A stretch of 64,000 nucleotides of DNA from positions 288,001 to 352,000 of the forward strand of contig OY730476.1 of NCBI GenBank assembly GCA_963422735.1, given 5' to 3'. The number at the start of each line of letters is the position of its first letter. Position 1 is the first letter of the stretch. Source of the stretch: Candidatus Latescibacterota bacterium (lineage in GTDB: Bacteria > Latescibacterota > UBA2968 > UBA8231). A program made the translations under genes and the position numbers. Shown piece after piece: positions 9,085-19,169 of this stretch. The notes below the pieces were generated by a model. That model saw only the letters and a program-made list of their open reading frames with translations, was not told where the DNA came from and made no database searches.

Positions 9085-11423
9085 GGCGCTTCAGAATCGA
9101 CCGGTTCACCGTGCTTCTGGCGGCAATCGGCGCGCTGGCCGGCGGGCTCGTCCTGTTGCGCATGGCCAACTATGGCGTGGACGCCATCGAGACCGCGACA
9201 TTCGAGCTTGAACCGATCGCCGATGGCGCGGCATTCGCGAAGCGGACCGATCTGGCCCCGGGCGACACCCTCGAACTGGCCGTCCATGCAAAGAACGCCC
9301 GCCGCCTAACCTTCCAGATAGAGCGAATCGGGCGGAAATATGAGCACCAGCCCGCGGAACACTGTTATGACGGGATCGGCGGGGATGCCATAGCGGATTA
9401 TCCGGTTCAGATAGGTTGCCCTTCCAGCCATATACGGAGAGGCTGGTTCAACTGCCGTTCACGCAACGGCGTATGGCTTGCGTCCGTGAACAGCGACGCT
9501 GAATGCCGATGGTTCAGGCTGCGGCTACCGCAGCCGCCAAGTTACCAGCCCTACACGCCCCCCCCAAGTTACCAGCCCTACACGCCCCCCCCAAGTCCCT
9601 TACCCCCACTTTCCCTAATGGCAGGCCCACAGCCCGCGCCGGTGATTCAGGAATTCCGCGGCAACCGCTATGTGTCGTTTGCCACGTGGGAATACAACGT
9701 TAAGGTGCCCATTCCGGAAGACTGGCCAAATGGCTTCTACAGATTCGTTGTGTTCTCTCCCAATGGAGCCGTGCAAGAAAGGGTACCGTTCCATGTTGAG
9801 AACCTATCCAAGCCGGCGGCGGTATGCTTCGTGGCCTCGTACCTGACTGCGGCGGCGTACAATACCGCCTTTAGAGCGAGCCTTTACAAAGGGTTCGACG
9901 GGGATGCGTACCAGTCCAAGTTGCGAGCTTCCGCCGTCACCATGCAGCGGCCGCGAAGCGCCTATTATTCCCATATCTGGCCGGCTATGAAATTTCTCGA
10001 ACGTTTGGATGTACCAATCCGCTATACAACGACCCTGGCGGTTCACAAAGACCCGACCTTGCTCGATGGGTGCCGCGCTATCGTTCTAGCCTTTCATCCC
10101 GAGTACATATCGGCCCGGCTGCGTAATGCCATTGTGGAGGCCATCGAGCGGGGTGTGCATCTGTTGTCCTTCTCCGCCAATGCCTTCTACTGGCGGGTGG
10201 AGTTGGATCAAGACGCCTACGGCCACGACATCATGATCCTTGATAGGGCTGGCGGCGATCAGTGGAGAAACCAGGGCGCTTTATTCAGCGAACAAAACAT
10301 CTTCGGAGCCCAGTATATAAGTGGCGCTTGGGGCGGCGAACCTATGCCCTTTGTTGTGGAACCCCGTATGGGCGCCCATGAAACGCCGGACCCGGGACTT
10401 ATGTCACATTGGATATTCGAGGGCACGGGATTGCGTTTCGGAGACAGAATCGCCGACCTAATGAGCGGGGAGGTTGACTCGCTTGATCCGTCCTTCCCTG
10501 TTCCTGACGTGCAGGAGCGGATTGTGTTCCTCTCCCCTTACTACAATAAAGAAGGGAAAGAGTTCATGGCGCACACGTCGTACTTCATGCGCCCGAACGG
10601 CCAGATGACTTTTCATTCCGCATCGCTACGATTCCAGCACGCCCTGGCGTCCGCAAAGGAATCGGAAAGGAAAATCCAGCGGATGATCGAAAATATCCTG
10701 CAGCGGATGCTAAATCTGGACGATAGCAACGCCGTCAGCTATGACCGGTCTCGTCTGCACGATGGCTCTATCTGGACCAATCGCGGCAATATGCTCCGTT
10801 TCCTGACGGATAGGGGGAAAGAGGTCTACTCACTGCCGACCTCTCTGCCGCATCCGGACAACGTGCGCTACTAGATCGGCTGTGGTGCCACAAGATTTAA
10901 TGCGTATTTCGTCTGGCTCTACGACGCAGAAACGTGTTGCGAATACGGACCCAAGGAGCTTGCCGCATCGTTGCCCGGCATGCAGGTCGAGGCGACTCTG
11001 GAGGATGGAATCATATTCAAGATCAGCAAGGATTCATGCAACAATACGGAACATCTGGATAAAAAGACAATTCTGGAGACTATCGGCGAGGACGCCCAAC
11101 TGCTTGCCCGCTCTGACTTTAATGTGTATAAGGACAAGAACGAAAACAGGCTGATTTACGTCCGGGAGGAATGTGGCGGCGAAGATAGTCGCCCTGAATT
11201 TTTTCTGCACATCTTCCCCGTGAACAGAGCAGACCTCCCTGCAGAGCGCCGCCGCTTTACTTATGACAATTTGGATTTTTGCTTTGATTATCACGGGTTT
11301 CATGACGGCGTGCGCTGCGTGGCGGTGCGCCACCTTCCCGACTATCCCATTGCCCGCATCCGCACCGGCCAGTTCATACAGGGTCAAGGCAGACTGTGGA
11401 CGAGTGAATTCAGTCCCGATTGA
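9081..11423 (+). pseudogene. Membrane-anchored N,N-dimethylformamidase beta-subunit-like (DUF6605-type) protein with C-terminal LPDY/IRTGQ domain, interrupted by one in-frame TAG
   Basis: ATG at 9081 overlaps the upstream TGA. Motifs AAYN..SLY, HPEY and SANAFYWRVEL are present. ORFs 9039..10874 and 10971..11423 share a frame and are separated only by the TAG at 10872-10874. Confidence 0.65.
9537..9596 (+). repeat. 27-bp intragenic tandem repeat with two C8 tracts (PPSYQPYTP x2)
   Basis: ccaagttaccagccctacacgcccccc occurs twice, followed by ccaagt. Confidence 0.9.
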
Positions 11424-11511
11424 TGGACAGTCTCATCGTGACCGAAAACCACAAGCCGCAACGTGAAACGCCATGAAGCCCGCTGATTACTTCTTTTTTA
11501 GGTCTTAGGTC

Positions 11512-12783
11512 TTGAGAAACGGTCTCTGGATAGGGTACTGCCTCGGTGCGCTGGTGCTGGTCTTGGCTTGCAGCGACCGCCCGCGCCACAATCCCCTCGA
11601 CCCGCAAGCCGAGGACCCGCAGAGCGAGTCGTTTAGTGCTTTGACGGCCTTGGCGCTCGACAGCCAAGTCGAGTTGCGATGGAACTTTTCCCGCTTCTTC
11701 GACATAGAAGGCTACCGACTCTACCGCCGTCAGCCCGAGGGCGAGTGGGAGCCGCTCACCCCGGTGCTGGCCCCAACGGCGACCGCGTATGCGGACCCCG
11801 AGGTAGAAAACGGGATAAACTACGAGTACCAACTCAGCTTGCTCATCGCCGGGGAAGACGAGCGTCCTGGCGGCAGGCCCGTGCCTGCTACGCCCGGCCC
11901 GGAAGTCGCTTGGGTGGCCGACCGCCACTCCGGGCTGGTGTGGAAAATCAGTGCGGATGCGCGCAGTGTGCATTTTGCACAGGGGCGTTTTTTCGACTTG
12001 GCGACGATTGCGCTCGACGTGGCCGATGGTTCGTGTTGGGTCAGCGACCGGGGGTTTGCTGGGCTGTACAGGATTTCGGGCGACGGCGCGTTGGCGGCAC
12101 TGGCCGCGGCCGTGGAGACGCCCGGGGACTTGGCCATTGATGCCAAAGCGCGGATTGGCTGGCTGATCGACGCGGGGCGGCAGCGGGTCTTTTGGTTTTA
12201 CACGCCTGAAGGCGCGGTGAAGCCCTTGTCCGCGGGTGATTCGCTCGCCCTCTTTCCGGTCGATGCTACCTTTGCCCGGCCCGTGGCGTTGGCCGCGCAG
12301 GCTGGGGGCTGCTGGATCGCCGACCAAGCCCAAGGCCGCGTGCTGTTCTACCAGACCAACGGCACCCGCGCCGCTGAATTCCGTGCGCTCGCAGCCCCCG
12401 AGGCACTGGTGGCTGGCGTGGAGGGGGCCGCGTGGTTGTTGGGGGATGATGGGCACAGCTTGACGCGGTTGGACCGCACGGGTGTCGTTATCAACGTGGA
12501 GTTGCCTTTTGCCGCGGCCATGGGTCTGGCCGTGGATGGTGCGACCGGCGACTGCTGGGTGCTAGGGGAACGGGATCTGGCCGTGTTCTCGGCCGGCGGG
12601 GCCTTGGAGCAGCATTGGACCGACGTGCCCGGAGGCAGCGGCCTGTCCTTCGACGCGGTGCAGCGACGGGCTTGGATTGCGACCGGCAACGCGCTGTTGA
12701 AATTCTCGGCCGAGGGCCGGCCCCTTGCGCGGCTCGACGGCTTTTCGTCCATCGTCCGCATTGCCGTGGATCCAGGCCGCTGA
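11512..12783 (+). CDS. Lipoprotein with FN3-like domain and NHL-like beta-propeller
   Basis: Lipobox VLAC; VELRW..GYRLYRR..YEYQL; repeated WVAD/WIAD blades. Confidence 0.7.
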   Translation: MRNGLWIGYCLGALVLVLACSDRPRHNPLDPQAEDPQSESFSALTALALDSQVELRWNFSRFFDIEGYRLYRRQPEGEWEPLTPVLAPTATAYADPEVENGINYEYQLSLLIAGEDERPGGRPVPATPGPEVAWVADRHSGLVWKISADARSVHFAQGRFFDLATIALDVADGSCWVSDRGFAGLYRISGDGALAALAAAVETPGDLAIDAKARIGWLIDAGRQRVFWFYTPEGAVKPLSAGDSLALFPVDATFARPVALAAQAGGCWIADQAQGRVLFYQTNGTRAAEFRALAAPEALVAGVEGAAWLLGDDGHSLTRLDRTGVVINVELPFAAAMGLAVDGATGDCWVLGERDLAVFSAGGALEQHWTDVPGGSGLSFDAVQRRAWIATGNALLKFSAEGRPLARLDGFSSIVRIAVDPGR

Positions 12784-12830
12784 GGCCGCTAGTTCTCTCT
12801 TGCATGGGATTTGCTCCTTAGCGACCTTCC

Positions 12831-12990
12831 TTAGTGGTTAGTGATCAGTGATCAGTGATCAGTGATCAGTGGCCAGTCCCAGCCTCCCCGGACCGGTGGT
12901 GCGGGGACTAACCACAGACCACAGACCACAGACCACAGACCACAGACCACAGACCACAGACCACAGACCACAGACCACAGACCACTAACA
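12831..12990. repeat. Heptamer-armed palindromic element: (AGTGGTT/AGTGATC)n - core - (ACCACAG)10
   Basis: 4x AGTGATC at 12840-12867 and 10x ACCACAG at 12911-12980. The arms are imperfect inverted repeats. A related element lies at 44958-45035. Confidence 0.9.
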
Positions 12991-12992
12991 TT

Positions 12993-13961
12993 ATGACCCA
13001 GCAAGGCCCCATTCACAGCATGACCGGCTTTGGCCGCGCCGCGGCCAAACGGCAAGGTTTGCGGCTCGCCGTTGAGTTGCGATCGATTAACAGCCGCTAC
13101 CTCGATATACAGGTGCGCTGCCCGGCCGACCTCCAGTCCTTTGAGTCGGCCATCCGCGAGCGGATTCAGGCGCAGATCGGCCGCGGCAAGATAAGCGCGC
13201 ACATCGCTTGGGAGGAAGAAAGCCAGCCAGAGGCCCTGCCCCAGCTAGACGAGGAAGCCGCCAAGCACTATCTGGCTCAACTGCGGCGGCTAGCTGAATT
13301 GGCCCACATCGAAGCCGCGGAGGGCCGGGCAAGCCTGCCTCGGCGGAAGGCGTTTTTTGCTCGCTTTAAAGGGCTAGAGCAACTCGACATGGGGATCGAG
13401 CGGGTGCTGCTGGCAAAGCTGCCCAAGCTCTTTCGCGTCCAAGCCCCAGAGCTGGATAGCGCGGTTGTGCAAAAAGTACTGTGGGCGGGGTTGGACGAAG
13501 CGCTGGCCGAGTTGGTAGCCATGCGTGCGACCGAAGGAGACGCTCTCGCCGCGGACTTGCGCGGCCGCGGCGAGGCGGTGGGGACGCATCTGGAGCGCGT
13601 GGCCGAGCGAGCGCAGGCGACCCGTGGGCAAGTCGCCGAGCGGCTGCGGGAAAAGGTCTCCGCCCTGCTCGCGCCCGGGGCGGTTGCCGAAGACCGCGTC
13701 GCCACGGAAATCGCCCTGATCGCCGAGCGCAGCGACATCGTCGAGGAGGTCGTTCGCTTCCGCAGCCACAACGTCCAGTTCCTCGACACCTTGGCGCGGG
13801 GTGGCGAAGTGGGGAAGCGCTTGAACTTTCTCTTGCAGGAAATGAACCGCGAAGCCAACACCATCAGCGCCAAGTCCGCAGATGCCGACATCGCCCATTG
13901 GGTGGTCGAGATCAAAGAGGAAGTCGAGCGTTTGCGCGAGCAGGTGCAAAACTTGGCGTGA
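12993..13961 (+). CDS. yicC: YicC/YloC family endoribonuclease
   Basis: SMTGFGRA, ELRSINSRYLD, DIVEEVVRFRSH and GKRLNFLLQEMNREANTI. Confidence 0.92.
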   Translation: MTQQGPIHSMTGFGRAAAKRQGLRLAVELRSINSRYLDIQVRCPADLQSFESAIRERIQAQIGRGKISAHIAWEEESQPEALPQLDEEAAKHYLAQLRRLAELAHIEAAEGRASLPRRKAFFARFKGLEQLDMGIERVLLAKLPKLFRVQAPELDSAVVQKVLWAGLDEALAELVAMRATEGDALAADLRGRGEAVGTHLERVAERAQATRGQVAERLREKVSALLAPGAVAEDRVATEIALIAERSDIVEEVVRFRSHNVQFLDTLARGGEVGKRLNFLLQEMNREANTISAKSADADIAHWVVEIKEEVERLREQVQNLA

Positions 13962-13969
13962 AGGCATCC

Positions 13970-14509
13970 ATGGCATCTGTGCAAATCATCACCATCAGCG
14001 GCCTGCCCGGCAGCGGCACCAGCACCGTCAGCGGCTTGCTCTGTGCACGGCTGGGCTGGGCGTACATCAACGCAGGTGCGTTTTTTCGCCAACTAGCCCA
14101 AGAGGCAGGGCTGAGCTTGGCCGAGTTTGGCCAGCAGGCCGAAGCCAATGGCTGCATCGACCGCCAGCTCGACGCGCGCATGGTGGCGCAAGCGCGGGTG
14201 CGTGCGCCGGTCGTCGTCGAGGGGAGGCTCACCGGCTGGATGGCGCACCGCCACCGGCTGGCGGCCGGCAAAGTTTGGCTGGCGGCTGCGCCCGATGTGC
14301 GGGCCGGGCGGGTGGCACAACGGGAGGGGGAGACGGCGGCAGAGATGCTGGTGGGAATGCGCCAGCGCGAAGGGAGCGAAGCCCTGCGCTTCCGGGCACA
14401 TCACGGCATCGACATGGGCGACCTGTCGATTTACGATGTGCTCATTGCGACGGACGACATGGGGGCTGAGGCGGTCGTTGAGCGGGTCGTAGCCCACTAT
14501 GCAGCATAG
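13970..14509 (+). CDS. Cytidylate kinase (archaeal-type/cmk2 family)
   Basis: IITISGLPGSGTS, AG..FRQLA.E.GLSL.EF, VVEGRLTGW and YDVLIATD. Confidence 0.8.
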   Translation: MASVQIITISGLPGSGTSTVSGLLCARLGWAYINAGAFFRQLAQEAGLSLAEFGQQAEANGCIDRQLDARMVAQARVRAPVVVEGRLTGWMAHRHRLAAGKVWLAAAPDVRAGRVAQREGETAAEMLVGMRQREGSEALRFRAHHGIDMGDLSIYDVLIATDDMGAEAVVERVVAHYAA

Positions 14510-14553
14510 CGTTGCTTTTTGCGGCGGCCTGATTGACATTTGGCTTTACCCTT

Positions 14554-14800
14554 CGGACTTTCCTAGAATCTGGGCTGTTTAATCAGTGGTTAGTGGTTAG
14601 TGGTTAGTGGTTAGTGGTCCGTGGTTAGTGGTCCGTGGTTAGTGGTCCGTTCCATCCGCCCCCTTGGCGACGGGTACCCGGCGACCGGCCCCGGAACATC
14701 GACGCGGGGGACCGCGCTGGTCCGGACGAAGGCTACGGGCATGCCGAGTGATACCGCCTACATGAAACCTGAATCCCCAACCGTACACTAGGAAAGTCCG
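14554..14800. mobile_element. MITE-like element, copy 1
   Basis: 13-bp inverted ends cggactttcctag / ctaggaaagtccg and an internal (AGTGGTT)n tract. A diverged inverted copy lies at 25506-25710. Confidence 0.8.
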
Positions 14801-14843
14801 CTAAAGAATTCACAGGGGCCGGCGAGGACGGCCGCGCACTGCC

Positions 14844-16043
14844 ATGAGCGTACAACAGCGCCATATCTTGCTCGGGGTCACCGGCGGCATTGCCGCGTAC
14901 AAGACGCCGGAGATCGTGCGGCTGCTGACGGCTGGCGGGGCCGAGGTGCGGGTAGTGCTGACCCGCGCGGCTGGCGAGTTCGTCGCGCCCAAGACTTTGG
15001 AGGTACTTTCCCGCCATTTGGTGTACACCGACTTGTTCAGCAGCGACGCGGAATTTCCCGTTCTGCACGTGGGGTTAGCTGAGTGGGCCGACTTGATTTT
15101 GGTGGCCCCGGCTACGGCGCACTTCTTGGGGCGCGTAGCCGGCGGCTTGGCCGACGACTTGCTCACCTCGGTGTTGTTATGTGCGGACGTGCCCGTCCTG
15201 CTGGCGCCGTCGATGGAGGAGAATATGTTCGCCAATGCCGCGGTCGAGGCCAATGTGCAGACCTTGGCGAGTCGGGGATTCCACCTGCTTGACCCAGGGG
15301 TGGGGCCTTTGGCGTCGGGTGCAGTTGGCCGCGGGCGGATGCCCGAGCCGACAGGATTGGTCGCGGCGGTCGCGGCGCATTTTAGCGGCGACTTGGATGG
15401 GCTGAAGCTGCTGGTAACGGCCGGACCCACGGTCGAGGACCTCGATCCGGTGCGCTTTATTTCCAATCGCTCGTCGGGCAAGATGGGCTATGCGATAGCC
15501 GCGCGAGCTGCTGTGCGCGGGGCACGCGTGTGGCTGGTTTCCGGGCCGACCGCACTGCCAGTGCCCTCTGGCGTGGAACGGCAGTTGGTGCGCTCGACGC
15601 TCGACATGCAGCGCGCCGTCGAAGCCTTGTTTGAGCGAGTGGATGGGGCGATTTTGGCGGCGGCCCCGGCCGACTACCGCGCCAAGGAGGTGGCCGCGCA
15701 AAAAATCAAGCGCGGCGCAGCGACCCGCTCTATCGAGTTGGTAGAAAACCCGGATCTTGCCGCCGGGCTAGGCCAGCACAAGGGCCAGCGATTGCTGGTC
15801 GTCTTTGCAATGGAGACGGAAAAGGGGCCGGAGCGGGCGCGGGAGAAGCTGGCGCGCAAAGGGGGCGACTTAATCGTGCTCAACATGCTCAACGACGAGG
15901 GAGCTGGTTTCGCCGGCGACACCAACCGCGTTACTCTGTACGACGTTGCCGGCCGCGAGGAAGCCCTGCCCCTGTTGAGCAAATCCGCAGTCGCCGACCG
16001 CATCCTCGACTGGGTGCGGGCGCGCCGGGAAGCGGTTGTTTAA
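14844..16043 (+). CDS. coaBC: Phosphopantothenoylcysteine decarboxylase/phosphopantothenate-cysteine ligase
   Basis: GVTGGIAAYK, APATA, GRMPEP and TAGPTVEDLDPVRFISNRSSGKMG. Confidence 0.97.
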   Translation: MSVQQRHILLGVTGGIAAYKTPEIVRLLTAGGAEVRVVLTRAAGEFVAPKTLEVLSRHLVYTDLFSSDAEFPVLHVGLAEWADLILVAPATAHFLGRVAGGLADDLLTSVLLCADVPVLLAPSMEENMFANAAVEANVQTLASRGFHLLDPGVGPLASGAVGRGRMPEPTGLVAAVAAHFSGDLDGLKLLVTAGPTVEDLDPVRFISNRSSGKMGYAIAARAAVRGARVWLVSGPTALPVPSGVERQLVRSTLDMQRAVEALFERVDGAILAAAPADYRAKEVAAQKIKRGAATRSIELVENPDLAAGLGQHKGQRLLVVFAMETEKGPERAREKLARKGGDLIVLNMLNDEGAGFAGDTNRVTLYDVAGREEALPLLSKSAVADRILDWVRARREAVV

Positions 16044-16067
16044 CCCATACTTAGTGAAGGTGTCGCC

Positions 16068-16751
16068 ATGGAAGAGCAAAGCACAGACGCATTGGCCCAA
16101 GCTAGGCGCTATCTATCCGATTTAGTGGCTTTTGAAGGGACTCAATTTACAGCACCGGAGTTGGTTGCCGCACCTAGTCCGGAGGAACCAGCGGTCGGGG
16201 ATTTGGAGGCTTTTCGCCGCCAGATTTGCGATTGCACCCGCTGTCGGTTGGGTGCGACGCGGCAGCAGTTTGTGTTTGGCAGCGGCGATCCAGCGGCCGG
16301 GATTATGTTCATCGGCGAGGCCCCGGGGGCCGAGGAAGACCGCGCGGGCCAACCCTTTGTGGGGAAAGCCGGTCAACTACTGACCAAGATCATCGAGGCT
16401 ATGGGCCTATCCCGCGACGCGGTCTATATCTGCAACATACTCAAGTGCCGCCCGCCTAATAACCGCGACCCCCTGTCCGATGAAATCGAGCAGTGCGAGC
16501 CATATCTCAAGCACCAGATCGAGATCGTCCAGCCCCGCGTCATCTGCACCTTGGGCCGCTTTGCCGCGCAAACCCTGCTCCGCAGCCGCGAGCCCATGGG
16601 CCGCTTGCGCGGCCAGTCGCACCACTACGAGGGCATCCCCTTGGTCGCCACGTACCACCCGGCGGCCCTCTTGCGCAACCCCCAGTGGAAGCGCCCGACT
16701 TGGGAGGACGTCAAGCGGGTGCGGAAGCTCTACGACGGGGTTGATCTCTAA
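16068..16751 (+). CDS. udg: Uracil-DNA glycosylase family 4
   Basis: [32 protein letters not shown] and TYHPAALLR. Confidence 0.95.
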   Translation: MEEQSTDALAQARRYLSDLVAFEGTQFTAPELVAAPSPEEPAVGDLEAFRRQICDCTRCRLGATRQQFVFGSGDPAAGIMFIGEAPGAEEDRAGQPFVGKAGQLLTKIIEAMGLSRDAVYICNILKCRPPNNRDPLSDEIEQCEPYLKHQIEIVQPRVICTLGRFAAQTLLRSREPMGRLRGQSHHYEGIPLVATYHPAALLRNPQWKRPTWEDVKRVRKLYDGVDL

Positions 16752-16769
16752 ACTTTTTGGAGCTAAACC

Positions 16770-18158
16770 ATGACCCAGAGTCCAGCGGAGGCGCAGGATC
16801 TCGGGCGAATGCCGCCACAGGCCGTAGAGGTCGAGCAGGCCGTGCTTGGGGCGATGATGCTAGAGCAGCGGGCCATTGGCCGCGCCATTGAAATCCTCGA
16901 CAAAAACGAAGGCTGTTTCTACCACGCCCCGCACGGTCGGATATTCGAGGCCATGAAAACCCTGTTTGAACAGGGTACGGCGGTCGATCAGCTAACCTTG
17001 ACCGAGGAACTCAAGCGCCGCGGCCAACTCGACGACATTGGCGGGGTCGTCTATCTGGCCAAGCTATCGTCTGAAGTGGCCACGGCGGCCAATATCGACT
17101 TCCACGCGCGGATCGTTTTGGAGAGGGCGCTGAGCCGCAAATTGATCGAGGCCGCCAGCGGGATCATCGAGTGGGCGTACGCGGCCGACGAGGACGTCCA
17201 GACCCTGATCGACCGGGCCGAGCAGCAGCTTTTCAGCCTGAGCGAAAACCAACTCGGCGCGGGCTTCGAGCCGCTGACTAAGGTAATGGGCGATGCGTTC
17301 GAGCACATTGAGCGCATTCACGCGAAGACGGGTACGGTTTTGGGGGTGGATACGGGCTTTGCCGCTCTCAACGAGCTGACGTCGGGCTTTCAGAAGGGCG
17401 ACTTGGTCATCCTCGCGGCGCGGCCCAGCGTTGGCAAGACGGCTCTCGCGCTGACGCTGGGCCGCAACGCGGCCGTGGAGGCTGGCGTCGGGGTGGCGAT
17501 TTTCAGCTTGGAAATGTCTAAGATGCAACTGGCCCAGCGCCTGCTCAGCGCGGAGACCAAGGTCGATCTGCACAAGCTCCGCACCGGCCGGCTGCGCGAA
17601 GAAGACTGGATCCACCTAACGCGCAATATCGACCGCTTGGCCCAAGCGCCGATCTACATAGACGACACCCCTAGCATCTCGGTGCTCGAAGCGCGGGCCA
17701 AGGCGCGGCGGCTGCAACGCGAGTACGGGATCGGCCTAGTCGTGATTGACTATCTTCAGCTCATGAGCGGTCATTCTAGAGCACAGAGCCGCGAGCAGGA
17801 GATTTCGCATATCTCGCGCGGCCTCAAGGCCATGGCCAAAGAGTTGGACGTGCCGGTTTTGGCCTTGTCGCAGTTGTCGCGCGCTGTAGAAAGCCGCACA
17901 GACCGGCGGCCGCAGCTATCGGACCTGCGGGAGTCGGGCAGCTTGGAGCAGGACGCCGATGTGGTGATGTTCATCTATCGCCCTGATATGTACGGGCTCA
18001 AGTCTCCAGACGGCGAAAGCCTTGAAGGCGTTGCCCAAATCATCATCGGTAAGCAGCGCAACGGCCCTGTTGACTCGGTGGATTTGATGTGGAACAAGGA
18101 AAGTGCCACGTATGAGGCGATGGCACCCGGATGGCGAGCGGAGCCGGAAGAATATTAG
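16770..18158 (+). CDS. dnaB: Replicative DNA helicase
   Basis: AARPSVGKT, FSLEM, IDYLQLM, LSQLSR and DLRESGSLEQDAD. No intein. Confidence 0.98.
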   Translation: MTQSPAEAQDLGRMPPQAVEVEQAVLGAMMLEQRAIGRAIEILDKNEGCFYHAPHGRIFEAMKTLFEQGTAVDQLTLTEELKRRGQLDDIGGVVYLAKLSSEVATAANIDFHARIVLERALSRKLIEAASGIIEWAYAADEDVQTLIDRAEQQLFSLSENQLGAGFEPLTKVMGDAFEHIERIHAKTGTVLGVDTGFAALNELTSGFQKGDLVILAARPSVGKTALALTLGRNAAVEAGVGVAIFSLEMSKMQLAQRLLSAETKVDLHKLRTGRLREEDWIHLTRNIDRLAQAPIYIDDTPSISVLEARAKARRLQREYGIGLVVIDYLQLMSGHSRAQSREQEISHISRGLKAMAKELDVPVLALSQLSRAVESRTDRRPQLSDLRESGSLEQDADVVMFIYRPDMYGLKSPDGESLEGVAQIIIGKQRNGPVDSVDLMWNKESATYEAMAPGWRAEPEEY

Positions 18159-18167
18159 TCGGATCCC

Positions 18168-19169
18168 ATGTTCATCGACGAAGTGACCATCACGGTGGAG
18201 TCGGGCCATGGCGGTAGTGGCTGCTGTTCGTTTCGGCGCGAGAAGTACGTGCCGCGAGGCGGGCCGGACGGGGGCGACGGGGGCGACGGGGGCGACGTAA
18301 TTTTCCGTGTCGATTCCCAACTCAACACGCTGCACGACTTTCGCTATCAACGCCACATCCGCGCCGGTCGCGGTGCCCACGGCGAGGGCAAGCACAGGAC
18401 GGGCCAGCGCGGCGAGCATGTGGTCATCTGCGTACCGCCGGGCACCATCTTGCGCGACGAAAGGGGTGTGCTGATCCGCGACATGGTCGAGGATGGGCAG
18501 GAGTTGGTGCTGCTGGCGGGTGGGCGCGGGGGCCGGGGCAATGCCCGTTTTGCCACGGCTCGCGTACAGGCCCCACGGCGCGCCGACCCCGGGAAGGAGG
18601 GCGCGCAAATGATGGTGCGGCTCGAGCTGAAGTTGCTGGCGGATGTAGGATTGGTGGGCTTCCCCAACGCGGGCAAATCCACGCTGCTGGCGCGGCTTTC
18701 CGCGGCCCGTCCCAAAATTGCCGACTATCCCTTTACGACTTTGGAGCCGAACTTGGGGATTGTGCAGTGGGCCGAGGGCGAGAGTTTTGTGTTGGCCGAC
18801 TTGCCTGGGCTGATCGAGGGGGCGCACGCGGGCAAGGGTTTGGGTACGCGGTTTTTGCGCCACATCGAGCGCACCCGCATCCTGCTGTTTGCCATTGATT
18901 GCACCAGCCCGGACCCGTGCGGCGAGCTGGAGGCCCTCCGCGGCGAGTTGGATGCCTTCGACGCTGGGATGCGGCACAAGCCCGCTGGCATTGCGCTGAC
19001 TAAGGCCGACTTGCTAGGGCCGGACACGGAGTTCAAAGACCCTTTTGCCGACCTGCGCGCCCCGCGTTTTTTGGTCTCGGCCGTCAGTGGTCGTGGAGTG
19101 CCCCAGATGCTGCGCGATGTGGGACAGGCGGTGAAGAAATTGCGCGCTGCGGGGCAAAACGACCCATGA
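18168..19169 (+). CDS. obgE: GTPase ObgE
   Basis: FRREKYVPRGGPDGGDGG, GFPNAGKST, YPFTT and DLPGLIEGA. Confidence 0.97.
   Translation: MFIDEVTITVESGHGGSGCCSFRREKYVPRGGPDGGDGGDGGDVIFRVDSQLNTLHDFRYQRHIRAGRGAHGEGKHRTGQRGEHVVICVPPGTILRDERGVLIRDMVEDGQELVLLAGGRGGRGNARFATARVQAPRRADPGKEGAQMMVRLELKLLADVGLVGFPNAGKSTLLARLSAARPKIADYPFTTLEPNLGIVQWAEGESFVLADLPGLIEGAHAGKGLGTRFLRHIERTRILLFAIDCTSPDPCGELEALRGELDAFDAGMRHKPAGIALTKADLLGPDTEFKDPFADLRAPRFLVSAVSGRGVPQMLRDVGQAVKKLRAAGQNDP

Noticed and set aside
10872-10874. Pyrrolysine or stop-codon reassignment
   Set aside because: Other genes in the window end normally at TAG (for example dnaB), and no pyl genes are visible.
11410-12456. Long antisense or alternative-frame ORFs (also 17916..18977, 26839..27948, 45958..46938, 48799..49743)
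   Set aside because: They are shadows of well-supported genes in high-GC DNA and have no recognisable motifs.
12831-12990. Possible CRISPR array
   Set aside because: The units are 7-bp tandem repeats with no unique spacers, and there are no cas genes in the window.
16770-18158. Intein in DnaB
   Set aside because: The length (462 aa) and motifs are continuous, with no insertion.
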